Sequence record: OV876907
Source: Escherichia phage UGJNEcP3
DNA: 64,000 nt
Direction: 5' to 3' (one strand)
Part shown: one piece after another, positions 41,149-49,169 of the stretch
Layout: the number at the start of each line of letters is the position of its first letter
How positions within the stretch are numbered: position 1 is the stretch's first letter
Program-made: the position numbers and the translations under genes
The notes under the pieces: model-generated
What the model was told of the DNA's origin: nothing
What the model saw: only the letters and a program-made list of their open reading frames with translations
Databases searched by the model: none

Positions 41149-43236
41149 TTACCCTTGGATGAATTTTTCTGGGATGCCATAGAGGTCTATGCATGAAGCC
41201 AAAAGAGACAGTACATCAACCCGTGTAGATTTAACAAATGAATCAAAAGATACAGGGCTTTCGGAAGTATCGAAATCATCTTGATATACGACCAACTCAC
41301 CGGTTTCCATTAGTACGTCACCATCATATACCACAGATTCTTGAAGCTCATCTGATGTCATAACTTCAGCTTGAATAAATTTATTGTTAGACACCGTCCC
41401 GGAACCAGTATTGGCTGATGCATCCACGATTTTATCTATTTTTACAAGTAGCCCGCGTGGTAAAATTATTTCCTTTTCGTTGGCATGCATGCTTAATTGG
41501 CCAGGATAAATCACGTTAACCTTATGAGCGCCACTAATAGCCCAGCCAACATCAACACGGATTTGATCCGGCGCATACATATGTGTACGCACTTGACTAT
41601 CAGAGATGGTAACGCCTTCGTCATTATTATCAATGTTTAATTCTTTTCGAACATCATCGGAAGCAAGACCAATAGCCGCATTCTCTTTAAAGCCACCAAA
41701 AATGATTGGAGCTAATGAGGTTGAAACATAGTTTCTAAAATAGAATACCTTATTTTTAACTAATGCTTCGTAGATAGGCGCGCGCAAAGATTGTGCTCTA
41801 TAAACCATTATTCCTTCAGGTAAACGGTCTCCATTTTTAAAGGCAGAATCCATTCCATCAATAGCACGTTTAACTTCGCTTTCGTCCAAAACTTCATAAA
41901 AGCCTGGTTTATAACGACCAAGAAGGACATTGTTAATATCAATATAAGCTGAAGAGGCGTATTCTCTGATAGCTCGTTTTTCTGCAAGTGTATATTGTTT
42001 AGGGTCTCGAGATGTTGTTATATTAAGAATTTCTCTAGTTGATTCTATAGCGTATGTATACATTATCTTAGACAAGAATGAAGACTTACGTTGTTTCCAT
42101 ACTATTTCACTGTTTTCATTCAATATCTCTTTTTCCAAATGGAAATTGTCTTTTCTATAATCTTCAAACCAATCACTTTTAATAGATTCTGCGATTTCAT
42201 TAGCAACTTCAACAAAGGCAGCTAAAGCTTTAACTGACGTGGTTTTTTCATTTTTAATTTTTTTGACAAATGTTTCTAAAGAAGAGTTAATTTTATCACC
42301 GTAAGAAACTTCATCCGCAAATTTAAATGAATCATCCATAGTATTATAAATTTTAAAATCAATAGCCGTAGCCAACTTATCCTTAGCTGTTTCAGATGAT
42401 AACGATAGTTCAACTTCGGCCGCTTGTGGAATTAATTCTGCCGTAGCAGGCGCACTGAACTCACTAGCAGTTTGCTCGTATTTCTGAAACAATTCACCTT
42501 CATTACGATCTGATTCTAATGACTGGCTTGCTGCAATAGCACGTCGCGAAATCTTAGTCTTGGTTATAACCATTTTATCGGTGCGACGTTCTTCAACCTT
42601 AGCAATACTGCCGGCAATAGCAGTTTCTTTAGTAACCTGCAGGCCTTCTTTTTTAGAAATATAAACTTCACCAACATCAGAATCTACCTTAGTGTATAAT
42701 TCGGAATTAATTCCTGGCATACCCTTAATATCTTCAATGTTAGCTTGTTTACGAACTACTAGGATGTAAGTATGTTTACCGGTAAATTGGTACATAGCCG
42801 GAACTACTTTAAAACGTCCACCTGTTTTCTGTGCTACCAAACGTTGGATAATCCGTTGAACAATAGGCCCTTGACCTTTCATTTTCTTAGTAGGGAAACG
42901 GAACATCACTGCATCCATACGAAGCTTTTTAACTTGGTCATAAACCACATCAAAAATAGTATTAATCGCATCTACGGGAGTAGGGCCAAGGCCACCCTTA
43001 AGTTCGGCTGGAGTACCTTTAGCTGAAAGGCTCATAAGGATAACGTGGGCATATTTATCGCCTAATTTAACTTGTTTAATAGCATCACCTTCAGAAGCGT
43101 AGGATACCATACGCGCTACTAATTGGGATTCTGCATCGCCAATCTTCCAAATCTGAGGTACTTTAAGTTTTGGGTTCAAGTTTACTGTAGGCAGAGTGCC
43201 TTCGGACTCAAACACTTCATTTAATTGTTCGGTCAT
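41149..43236 (-). CDS. alt: Alt-like ADP-ribosyltransferase, paralogue C (first in transcription order)
   Basis: N-terminus MTEQLNEVFESE...; motifs YRAQ / VSTSL / EIILPRG; C-terminal tail shared with paralogue B; AAGAGGAA RBS. Confidence 0.8.
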   Translation of the reverse strand: MTEQLNEVFESEGTLPTVNLNPKLKVPQIWKIGDAESQLVARMVSYASEGDAIKQVKLGDKYAHVILMSLSAKGTPAELKGGLGPTPVDAINTIFDVVYDQVKKLRMDAVMFRFPTKKMKGQGPIVQRIIQRLVAQKTGGRFKVVPAMYQFTGKHTYILVVRKQANIEDIKGMPGINSELYTKVDSDVGEVYISKKEGLQVTKETAIAGSIAKVEERRTDKMVITKTKISRRAIAASQSLESDRNEGELFQKYEQTASEFSAPATAELIPQAAEVELSLSSETAKDKLATAIDFKIYNTMDDSFKFADEVSYGDKINSSLETFVKKIKNEKTTSVKALAAFVEVANEIAESIKSDWFEDYRKDNFHLEKEILNENSEIVWKQRKSSFLSKIMYTYAIESTREILNITTSRDPKQYTLAEKRAIREYASSAYIDINNVLLGRYKPGFYEVLDESEVKRAIDGMDSAFKNGDRLPEGIMVYRAQSLRAPIYEALVKNKVFYFRNYVSTSLAPIIFGGFKENAAIGLASDDVRKELNIDNNDEGVTISDSQVRTHMYAPDQIRVDVGWAISGAHKVNVIYPGQLSMHANEKEIILPRGLLVKIDKIVDASANTGSGTVSNNKFIQAEVMTSDELQESVVYDGDVLMETGELVVYQDDFDTSESPVSFDSFVKSTRVDVLSLLASCIDLYGIPEKFIQG

Positions 43237-43258
43237 AATAATTCCTCTTTAATAACCT

Positions 43259-43266
43259 TATTTATG
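43259..43266 (-). promoter_or_regulatory. near-consensus late promoter (CATAAATA) upstream of the first alt paralogue
   Basis: 7 of 8 match to TATAAATA, about 23 nt upstream of the Alt-C ATG, just after a terminator hairpin. Confidence 0.35.
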
Positions 43267-43272
43267 CCAGAA

Positions 43273-43288
43273 AAGGCCCGAAGGCCTT
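43273..43288 (-). terminator. UUCG hairpin between the small post-ligase ORF and the first alt gene
   Basis: Minus strand AAGGCC-TTCG-GGCCTT then TTTTCT. Confidence 0.45.
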
Positions 43289-43290
43289 TA

Positions 43291-43473
43291 TTAAAGTACT
43301 AACAACGTACGGTACACTTCAAATTTAGGACCCTTTTCATAGCGGTCGAAATTATCTTTGAAATCGGCGAACGCGATTTCATTTTCAAATTCAAGGACAA
43401 TTTGGGACACTGCGGTGGAGACATCGCCACCTTCTTTATATCCAATAACCACGGTTTCTAAATAAACTTTCAT
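43291..43473 (-). CDS. small hypothetical protein between gene 30 and the alt array
   Basis: ATG 1 nt after gene 30 stop (TAAtATG); 60 aa; track start 43572 would overlap gene 30; terminator hairpin follows. Confidence 0.45.
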   Translation of the reverse strand: MKVYLETVVIGYKEGGDVSTAVSQIVLEFENEIAFADFKDNFDRYEKGPKFEVYRTLLVL

Positions 43474-43474
43474 A

Positions 43475-44995
43475 TTATAACCCAGTTTGAGACCAATCAC
43501 CGAATACATCTTCAAATGTATCAGCTTCTGTTTTATCGAAACGCCAACCTTTAATGATAAGTAAGAAAACACCTACAGTATCGGTACGCCCTTTAGAATG
43601 AACCCAACCATTACATTCACAATCAGCGATACGTCCAATCAATTTACCTTCACGTGCTTCCTTCATCAGTCGTTCACGGTCCATATCAGGACGGTCTTCT
43701 AAAGGAATCAATATTTTCTTTTTAGTCTTAAAGTCTTTAGTGTGAGTTGTGTCTTTAAAGCCTGAACCACAGTCACTTGTAATTCGACGACACCGCGATA
43801 CTAACTCAACACCACCAATCTTGTTAGGGTCTTTAGAGTGTTCATAATAACCTACTACTTCTAAAGCGATATCGATTACTTCTTTGAACTTGATAAGATT
43901 CTTAGAACGGCGGTTTTCCCAATAGGAGTCCATGTTCTTAAGGATAATGCCTTCCAGACCTTGGTCGACATATTTCTTATAAACTTCACGAGCTTCTTTA
44001 AGATTATAGACCCATTGGTTTTCAATTGCTTCAACACGAGTTTTACCATGCAATACGACATTATGCCCTACCATATGTTCTAAGGCGGCAAAACGTACGT
44101 CGTATTTCTCGCCTTTAATTTTACCTTCAGAGTACACCACTTCAAGAGGAACATAGTCCCATGCCTGAAGAACCATACCAGCGGCTTCAGTAGCTGAAAT
44201 AGTACCATTCAGGGATTTGTTAGCTAATCCGTTTGAAGTGCTACGGTCTACAGCGAATTCTTTAGCCTTGCTTAGTTCAGGCATGTCTTCTTCAAACATA
44301 CTAAACAAGTCATTAGCTTCAGGTTGCTTAACCACCGGTTCATGGTAAACTAATTCACCATCAATTAATACGCCACCGGGATGTTTCTGACGTGCATCTT
44401 CAGTCATAACCATGAGCTCTTCAGCCAATAGATTAAGCCCTTGATATTCGTTACCGCCACGTGTAAGGAATGTTACGCCGTCGTTACGAACTTCAGCAAA
44501 ACATCGAGCCCCATCAGCTTTTAATTGAGCGAACGCTGGCCATTTAATATTTTTCTTAATCAGAGCTTCGTCATAAGAACTAGCCAACATTTGAGGTTGT
44601 TCAGGGATTAAACCTTTCCAAACCTTGTTAGCAATAGAAATTGATGCGCCACATTCAAGGTCACGCATCATTACGCGACGTAATACCTCAGCGTCCGGAC
44701 CTTTAGCATCAGCAATGATTTGGGCTAGTTCTTCAATAGCCGCATTACCTGTAATCTTACGGGTGGCTAGTGTGAACTCAGCGAAATCAAGAAGGTCTTC
44801 AAGTGTAATCATACCAAAGGATTGAGACGTAAATCCAGGTTCTGGCCACTTTTTAATGCCGTAATTCAGACGACGGGTATAGGCCATACGATAAACACGT
44901 TTCAGAAGCTCATTGTCCTTTTCACGAGCAATAATAGCTTCTTTAGCTTTAGTAGAATCAATAGCAGCAATTTCGTTTAAAATATCTAAAATCAT
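43475..44995 (-). CDS. 30: ATP-dependent DNA ligase gp30
   Basis: ORF track; MILDILNEIA N-terminus and adenylation motif KADGARC collinear with T4 DNA ligase. Confidence 0.93.
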   Translation of the reverse strand: MILDILNEIAAIDSTKAKEAIIAREKDNELLKRVYRMAYTRRLNYGIKKWPEPGFTSQSFGMITLEDLLDFAEFTLATRKITGNAAIEELAQIIADAKGPDAEVLRRVMMRDLECGASISIANKVWKGLIPEQPQMLASSYDEALIKKNIKWPAFAQLKADGARCFAEVRNDGVTFLTRGGNEYQGLNLLAEELMVMTEDARQKHPGGVLIDGELVYHEPVVKQPEANDLFSMFEEDMPELSKAKEFAVDRSTSNGLANKSLNGTISATEAAGMVLQAWDYVPLEVVYSEGKIKGEKYDVRFAALEHMVGHNVVLHGKTRVEAIENQWVYNLKEAREVYKKYVDQGLEGIILKNMDSYWENRRSKNLIKFKEVIDIALEVVGYYEHSKDPNKIGGVELVSRCRRITSDCGSGFKDTTHTKDFKTKKKILIPLEDRPDMDRERLMKEAREGKLIGRIADCECNGWVHSKGRTDTVGVFLLIIKGWRFDKTEADTFEDVFGDWSQTGL

Positions 44996-45255
44996 TTTAC
45001 CGTCCTTACAGTTTGTGTACTTCTATTATAAGCTACTTCATCTAAAAGCTCATTTAAAGTTTTGTGATACGATATAATACGCTTATCTTTAATATCGTAT
45101 TCAGTAACATACATAAATCCACGCCGAACACATTGGATAAAGATATCTTCATCTTTGGCTTGGAAATATACAGGGTTCAATCGAAGGAATTGTCTAACGT
45201 TTCCATAATCATGGGATTTAGGGGTCCCATCAGTAATTGTATGAACAACAAACAT
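44992..45255 (-). CDS. hypothetical protein (30.x cluster)
   Basis: ATG 45255 in TAAtATG arrangement with upstream stop; track start at 45279 is TTG; 3' end overlaps gene 30 start. Confidence 0.55.
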   Translation of the reverse strand: MFVVHTITDGTPKSHDYGNVRQFLRLNPVYFQAKDEDIFIQCVRRGFMYVTEYDIKDKRIISYHKTLNELLDEVAYNRSTQTVRTVK

Positions 45256-45256
45256 A

Positions 45257-45895
45257 TTAACCTCGTGCAACCCATTCAACAGCCGTATTATTACGAAGGG
45301 ATTCTATAGCTGCAATATCGTCCCATGAATTAACCTTTACTGCCAAATTGGGTTTAAAGTCGCGTTCACCACGGGCTAACCAATAAACTTGGATATCCAT
45401 GAGAACATTAGATGCAGCATCACAGTGGTGGGCCAAATCATCAACATAAAACTTAATATGTTTGCCATACGTATTTTTAGCTCTTATGAACAGGTCTTCT
45501 TTTGATTCTGAATGACCACACATCAGAATCTCTTTGAATGCGCCAGGGAACAAAGCATTCAAATTGAATTGTCTATTCAGCAGAGCATCAATTGAGTCGC
45601 CTAGCGCAGTCACGGCTACAAAATCGAAGTCTTTTTTGAGCTTGTTGATGTGTTTTAATGCGTCCATGTAAGGAGACAGATAACGAATGAAATCTGACTG
45701 GTTATATTTCTCAATTAAACGAGCGCCTAATTCATTATCACAATTAAACAGCTCGCCAGGAGATAAGAAACGTTCGTCCTGAATCATATTCAAAATATGT
45801 TCTAAAGGCAAATTATATTTCTGTGCGAAATAAGGCAAGCCGGACTGCCAACTTAAACATACTCCATCGATATCTGTTAAGATAACTGGTTTCAT
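45257..45895 (-). CDS. HAD-superfamily hydrolase (nucleotidase/phosphatase-like)
   Basis: N-terminal HAD motif I ILTDIDGV; further acidic motif YVDD; ATGA overlap with upstream gene. Confidence 0.6.
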   Translation of the reverse strand: MKPVILTDIDGVCLSWQSGLPYFAQKYNLPLEHILNMIQDERFLSPGELFNCDNELGARLIEKYNQSDFIRYLSPYMDALKHINKLKKDFDFVAVTALGDSIDALLNRQFNLNALFPGAFKEILMCGHSESKEDLFIRAKNTYGKHIKFYVDDLAHHCDAASNVLMDIQVYWLARGERDFKPNLAVKVNSWDDIAAIESLRNNTAVEWVARG

Positions 45896-46350
45896 AATAA
45901 ATCTCTCAATTTGTTTAGGATGTCGATAAACTCTTTTTCAGTTAGTATTGTATCACATTCTGTAAGGTGGCTCGCCGTTGAATGCTTTAAAACCTTACCT
46001 TTAGTGGCTTGTAAAGCTTCTCGGAATCCTTTGTTCTGGAGCGCTGCTTCAAAATATGCACTTGTATACAACTCTTTCCATGATTCAGAGTATCTTGAAA
46101 AGGGAACTCCCATCCAAAAGAGGGTCCCACGGTCTTGAGCTCTTGCATAAGTTCGTCCAGCTTGCATTGCGGCCAATCCGGAGAGGCTAAATATACGTTT
46201 TTGTTGTTCATGATTTCTCACCTTACATCCTTGGAGGAATCCTTCGAGTCCACCAAATTGGATACTATCCATAACGAAAGGCCATTTAGCAAAGTTACTT
46301 AATGCACATGATGGCCATGGGAAATTACTTCTTATCTCTAACTCAGACAT
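45892..46350 (-). CDS. NADAR / YbiA-like (DUF1768) domain protein
   Basis: Segments LSNFAKWPF and LSGLAAMQAGR resemble E. coli YbiA FSNFAAWPI and SSPMVAARMGR as recalled from memory; start taken at ATG 46350 (track start is GTG 46359). Confidence 0.55.
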   Translation of the reverse strand: MSELEIRSNFPWPSCALSNFAKWPFVMDSIQFGGLEGFLQGCKVRNHEQQKRIFSLSGLAAMQAGRTYARAQDRGTLFWMGVPFSRYSESWKELYTSAYFEAALQNKGFREALQATKGKVLKHSTASHLTECDTILTEKEFIDILNKLRDLL

Positions 46351-46555
46351 CTTTAACACTTATAATGTCAACATCAGCCCAATGGCCATAAGCAGGTAGA
46401 CGGTCTGCAATGGATAAACCGCCATCATATTTCAACATTTTAATTGTTTTAGTATACGGTTCAACATTTCGGGCCCATGGACTTACATCAGTCACACGAT
46501 ACGTAACTTCAACCATTTCTGTACCCAACAATTTCTGAATTAATTTCTTAAACAT
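46343..46555 (-). CDS. hypothetical protein (30.x cluster)
   Basis: ORF track; TAAcATG coupling with upstream gene. Confidence 0.5.
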   Translation of the reverse strand: MFKKLIQKLLGTEMVEVTYRVTDVSPWARNVEPYTKTIKMLKYDGGLSIADRLPAYGHWADVDIISVKDV

Positions 46556-46556
46556 G

Positions 46557-46751
46557 TTATCCTCGACGGAGCATTTTAATTAATGAAAGCTCTTCAGCCA
46601 TACGTACATCTTCAGTACCATCTACCCATAAAACTGCATAGGCTTCTTTAATTACTTTACCGTTAATTTTAAAAGCAGGTAACACCTTAGAAATCATTCC
46701 TGGGATACCTATACCTTTTAGCTGAACGGTTTGAGATAAGAATAAATGCAT
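46557..46751 (-). CDS. hypothetical protein (30.x cluster)
   Basis: ORF track; TAATG overlap with upstream gene. Confidence 0.5.
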   Translation of the reverse strand: MHLFLSQTVQLKGIGIPGMISKVLPAFKINGKVIKEAYAVLWVDGTEDVRMAEELSLIKMLRRG

Positions 46752-47038
46752 TAGAACCTCATCTGAAATCCATGTGATTTAACATTACCACCGTAGATGT
46801 CAGAAGTATTGACTTCGCGGGCAGCGCTAGGGTCGATATTAATATCATGGTTGAGCTTAGTGATTGCTAGGGTGTCACGACCATTAACTGTACGGAATTC
46901 TACCGGACAAACCACATCAGCATAAGCCTTAATGGATTCGCGAGTAGGCTGTTTGTCAGCAGGAACATCTTTACCTGCCTTAGAGAAAACAACTTCACAG
47001 AAATTTTTACGAGTATCGAAATAAGTGGTCATAAACAT
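46751..47038 (-). CDS. hypothetical protein (30.x cluster)
   Basis: Start moved to ATG 47038 (MFMTTYFD) after GAGGAAAA; track ATG 47071 is inside a GC hairpin. Confidence 0.5.
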   Translation of the reverse strand: MFMTTYFDTRKNFCEVVFSKAGKDVPADKQPTRESIKAYADVVCPVEFRTVNGRDTLAITKLNHDINIDPSAAREVNTSDIYGGNVKSHGFQMRF

Positions 47039-47079
47039 AATATTTTCCTCAATGGAGGCCGAAGCCTCCATTTTTAAGA

Positions 47080-47445
47080 TTAGATATCAAATTCGTTAAG
47101 AACTACATCAAAGATTGCTTCCAGGTGTTCAGGTTTAGCACGGTTGCTCAGGATGTGACGAATCCAAGTTTTAACCAGAAGCTTACGATTATCGCCGTTC
47201 CAGCAAGGATGGGTACCTAAATCACGTTGACGGAAATCGTCATCTAAAGCGATTTTAAAAGTAGAACCTTCCATAGTGATTGAAACCGTAATACCATTTT
47301 CAAAGCGCATGTAAACGTAGTTAGGAGTCATGCACTGTTCGATTTCACACACTGTACCGTTTTCGTGTTTCCACAGGCAAATAACTTCGGAAGAACCAGC
47401 GATACCGTTAGAAACATATTTACGTTCGAAGTTGATGTAGTTCAT
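47080..47445 (-). CDS. hypothetical protein with duplicated promoter-leader (copy 1)
   Basis: ORF track; GGAGAA RBS; leader about 45 nt near-identical to that of the 47519-47851 gene. Confidence 0.6.
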   Translation of the reverse strand: MNYINFERKYVSNGIAGSSEVICLWKHENGTVCEIEQCMTPNYVYMRFENGITVSITMEGSTFKIALDDDFRQRDLGTHPCWNGDNRKLLVKTWIRHILSNRAKPEHLEAIFDVVLNEFDI

Positions 47446-47485
47446 TTTATTCTCCAGTTTGTTTTCGTATTATTTGGTACAGGTC

Positions 47486-47514
47486 TATAATAACACAACC
47501 TGTACCAAAGTAAA
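47486..47514 (-). promoter_or_regulatory. early-type promoter TTTACT-N17-TATTAT within duplicated leader (copy 1)
   Basis: Upstream of 47080-47445; 10-bp inverted repeat TTGGTACAGG / CCTGTACCAA flanks the -10. Confidence 0.45.
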
Positions 47515-47518
47515 ACAT

Positions 47519-47851
47519 TTATTTCACAACATTCCAATTTTTCATATCAAGTTTACCAACTTTTTTCATCTGAGCAATCAGACGTTCAGCACGTTTGCGG
47601 GCATTAACATAATAGAATTCACCAATTTCGTTTTCTTCAATACGGCCGGTAATTACAGTTTTCAGTTCATAAATCCAACCTGTAAAGAAGTTATGAAGCT
47701 CGATGGTAAAGGTGAAATCGGTACCCATACCTTCTGTTGTTTCAACTTCGATGATATCACCTTCAACTGCAGTCAGGACCCACATGGTTTCTTGATATTC
47801 ACCGTTGAAACATTTAGCTTTAACAGATGCATTCAGGTTTACAGTTTTCAT
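47519..47851 (-). CDS. hypothetical protein with duplicated promoter-leader (copy 2)
   Basis: ORF track; GGAGAA RBS; TGTACA-N16-TACTATAG promoter; shares an EG..T.F..I.L motif region with the neighbouring gene. Confidence 0.6.
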   Translation of the reverse strand: MKTVNLNASVKAKCFNGEYQETMWVLTAVEGDIIEVETTEGMGTDFTFTIELHNFFTGWIYELKTVITGRIEENEIGEFYYVNARKRAERLIAQMKKVGKLDMKNWNVVK

Positions 47852-47892
47852 TTTATTCTCCGGTTTGTTTTCGTATTATTTGGTACATGTCT

Positions 47893-47920
47893 ATAGTATC
47901 ATGCCTACCGGAGATGTACA
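47893..47920 (-). promoter_or_regulatory. early-type promoter TGTACA-N16-TACTATAG within duplicated leader (copy 2)
   Basis: Upstream of 47519-47851; downstream 45 nt near-identical to copy 1. Confidence 0.45.
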
Positions 47921-47949
47921 CCCTTTTTTTAAGATTTAGAAACAAAAAT

Positions 47950-47967
47950 GGGACTCCGAAGAGTCCC
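47950..47967 (-). terminator. intrinsic terminator after the small basic ORF (UUCG tetraloop)
   Basis: Minus strand GGGACTC-TTCG-GAGTCCC then ATTTTTGTT. Confidence 0.6.
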
Positions 47968-47972
47968 ATAAC

Positions 47973-48134
47973 TTATACAATCACTTTACCGAAGCAAGCA
48001 GCATCTGCACGCAATACTGCACGAGCACGAGCTTGAAGCTTATCAACTACCTGATTGATACGCTTGTTAGACGCACGCTTGTAACCAGCGCGTTTAGAGG
48101 TACCGTCAACTACTTTAACTTCTTTCTTAGCCAT
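47973..48134 (-). CDS. small basic protein (about 53 aa), hypothetical
   Basis: Below track cutoff; hand translation MAKKEVKVVDGTSKRAGYKRASNKRINQVVDKLQARARAVLRADAACFGKVIV; highly-expressed-style codons; UUCG terminator follows; coordinates approximate. Confidence 0.4.
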   Translation of the reverse strand: MAKKEVKVVDGTSKRAGYKRASNKRINQVVDKLQARARAVLRADAACFGKVIV

Positions 48135-48392
48135 TTTTAAATCTCTTAAATTAGGATGCAGGACTTATTGGCGTTGCCTGCGCAAGCCCTCAAGGGAACA
48201 TAGGTTTTGGATATTTAACGACAGGATAACCATAAACCTCGTCATCATACCAACCACGACTTAGACAGATAACCTTTTTCTGACGCGTGATAGTACAAAA
48301 TACATTCAAGAGGTACACCGTAAAACTGCCGGGGTCTTAAAACTATAATGATTCGCAAATCATTAATCAGACAGTTCGACGGCTCCTCGATT

Positions 48393-48641
48393 TTACTTCA
48401 GGGTAATAATAAAATGACGTACTGCTTTACGAGCTGCTGAAGCCAAAGGCTTAGCATATTTCAGTTCATCTTTTGCTTCCAGTTCAGCCGCCAGTGTGGC
48501 CTGTGCTGGGTTCAGATGTTTGAAATAACGCAGGATTTCCAGTGCTTCGGCTTCAACATCAATAGATGCGCCGTAGTTTTCATGACCGTTGTTCCAAGCG
48601 TTGCGTTGCAGTTCAAGAGCGTGATTCAGTTGTTTGTTCAT
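48393..48641 (-). CDS. rIII: lysis inhibition accessory protein RIII
   Basis: ORF track; 82 aa, matching T4 rIII in size and position between 31 and the 30.x cluster. Confidence 0.7.
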   Translation of the reverse strand: MNKQLNHALELQRNAWNNGHENYGASIDVEAEALEILRYFKHLNPAQATLAAELEAKDELKYAKPLASAARKAVRHFIITLK

Positions 48642-48779
48642 TTTAGTTTCTCAATTCGAGATAAAGATTGGTGGACACGTTCTTCTGAATTTCACTTCCT
48701 TTCGGCAAGTCTCTCAGTTGTAGTCCACCGCTTAGGATTCTCCGGTTAACTAACTAGTCCGGCAGCCAATCCATATTAT

Positions 48780-48787
48780 TATTTATA
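48780..48787 (-). promoter_or_regulatory. candidate late promoter TATAAATA (rIII, long leader)
   Basis: Reverse complement of TATAAATA abutting gp31 stop; about 139 nt upstream of rIII ATG. Confidence 0.3.
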
Positions 48788-49111
48788 TCACTTATAAAGA
48801 CACGGAATTGCCTTGTAGTGACAAGTAACGAATTTTTGTTTAATTTCTTTAGGTTGTTTAATACCCAATGCAACCAACGGATGAGGCACGTTAGCAATCT
48901 TACCAACAGGAAGTGGAGTCAAATCGCCTACTTCACAAAAATCTTCAGGGACATCAGGTCCTACAGAATAAATTTCACAAAGTTCAGGGATTTCACCTTG
49001 ATGAAGTTTGCCAATAACGATACCAGATGCAGTAGTTTCTTCATCACCAGCTTGTTTTGGTTCGGAAACGAGAATAACATATTCTCCGACCGCTTTAATA
49101 GGAAGTTCCAT
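48788..49111 (-). CDS. 31: co-chaperonin gp31 (GroES analogue)
   Basis: ORF track; collinear with T4 gp31 ([25 protein letters not shown]). Confidence 0.92.
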   Translation of the reverse strand: MELPIKAVGEYVILVSEPKQAGDEETTASGIVIGKLHQGEIPELCEIYSVGPDVPEDFCEVGDLTPLPVGKIANVPHPLVALGIKQPKEIKQKFVTCHYKAIPCLYK

Positions 49112-49169
49112 ATTTAATCCATATTGTTTTGTTGATAGATTAATAATAACACGCTATTCTTAAAGCATA

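Noticed and set aside
48135-48392. Possible tRNA or small RNA gene in the rIII-proximal spacer
   Set aside because: A GTTCGA-like T-loop match on the plus strand has no cloverleaf partner arms, D-loop consensus or CCA context; kept as a finding about structured non-coding sequence, not as an RNA gene.
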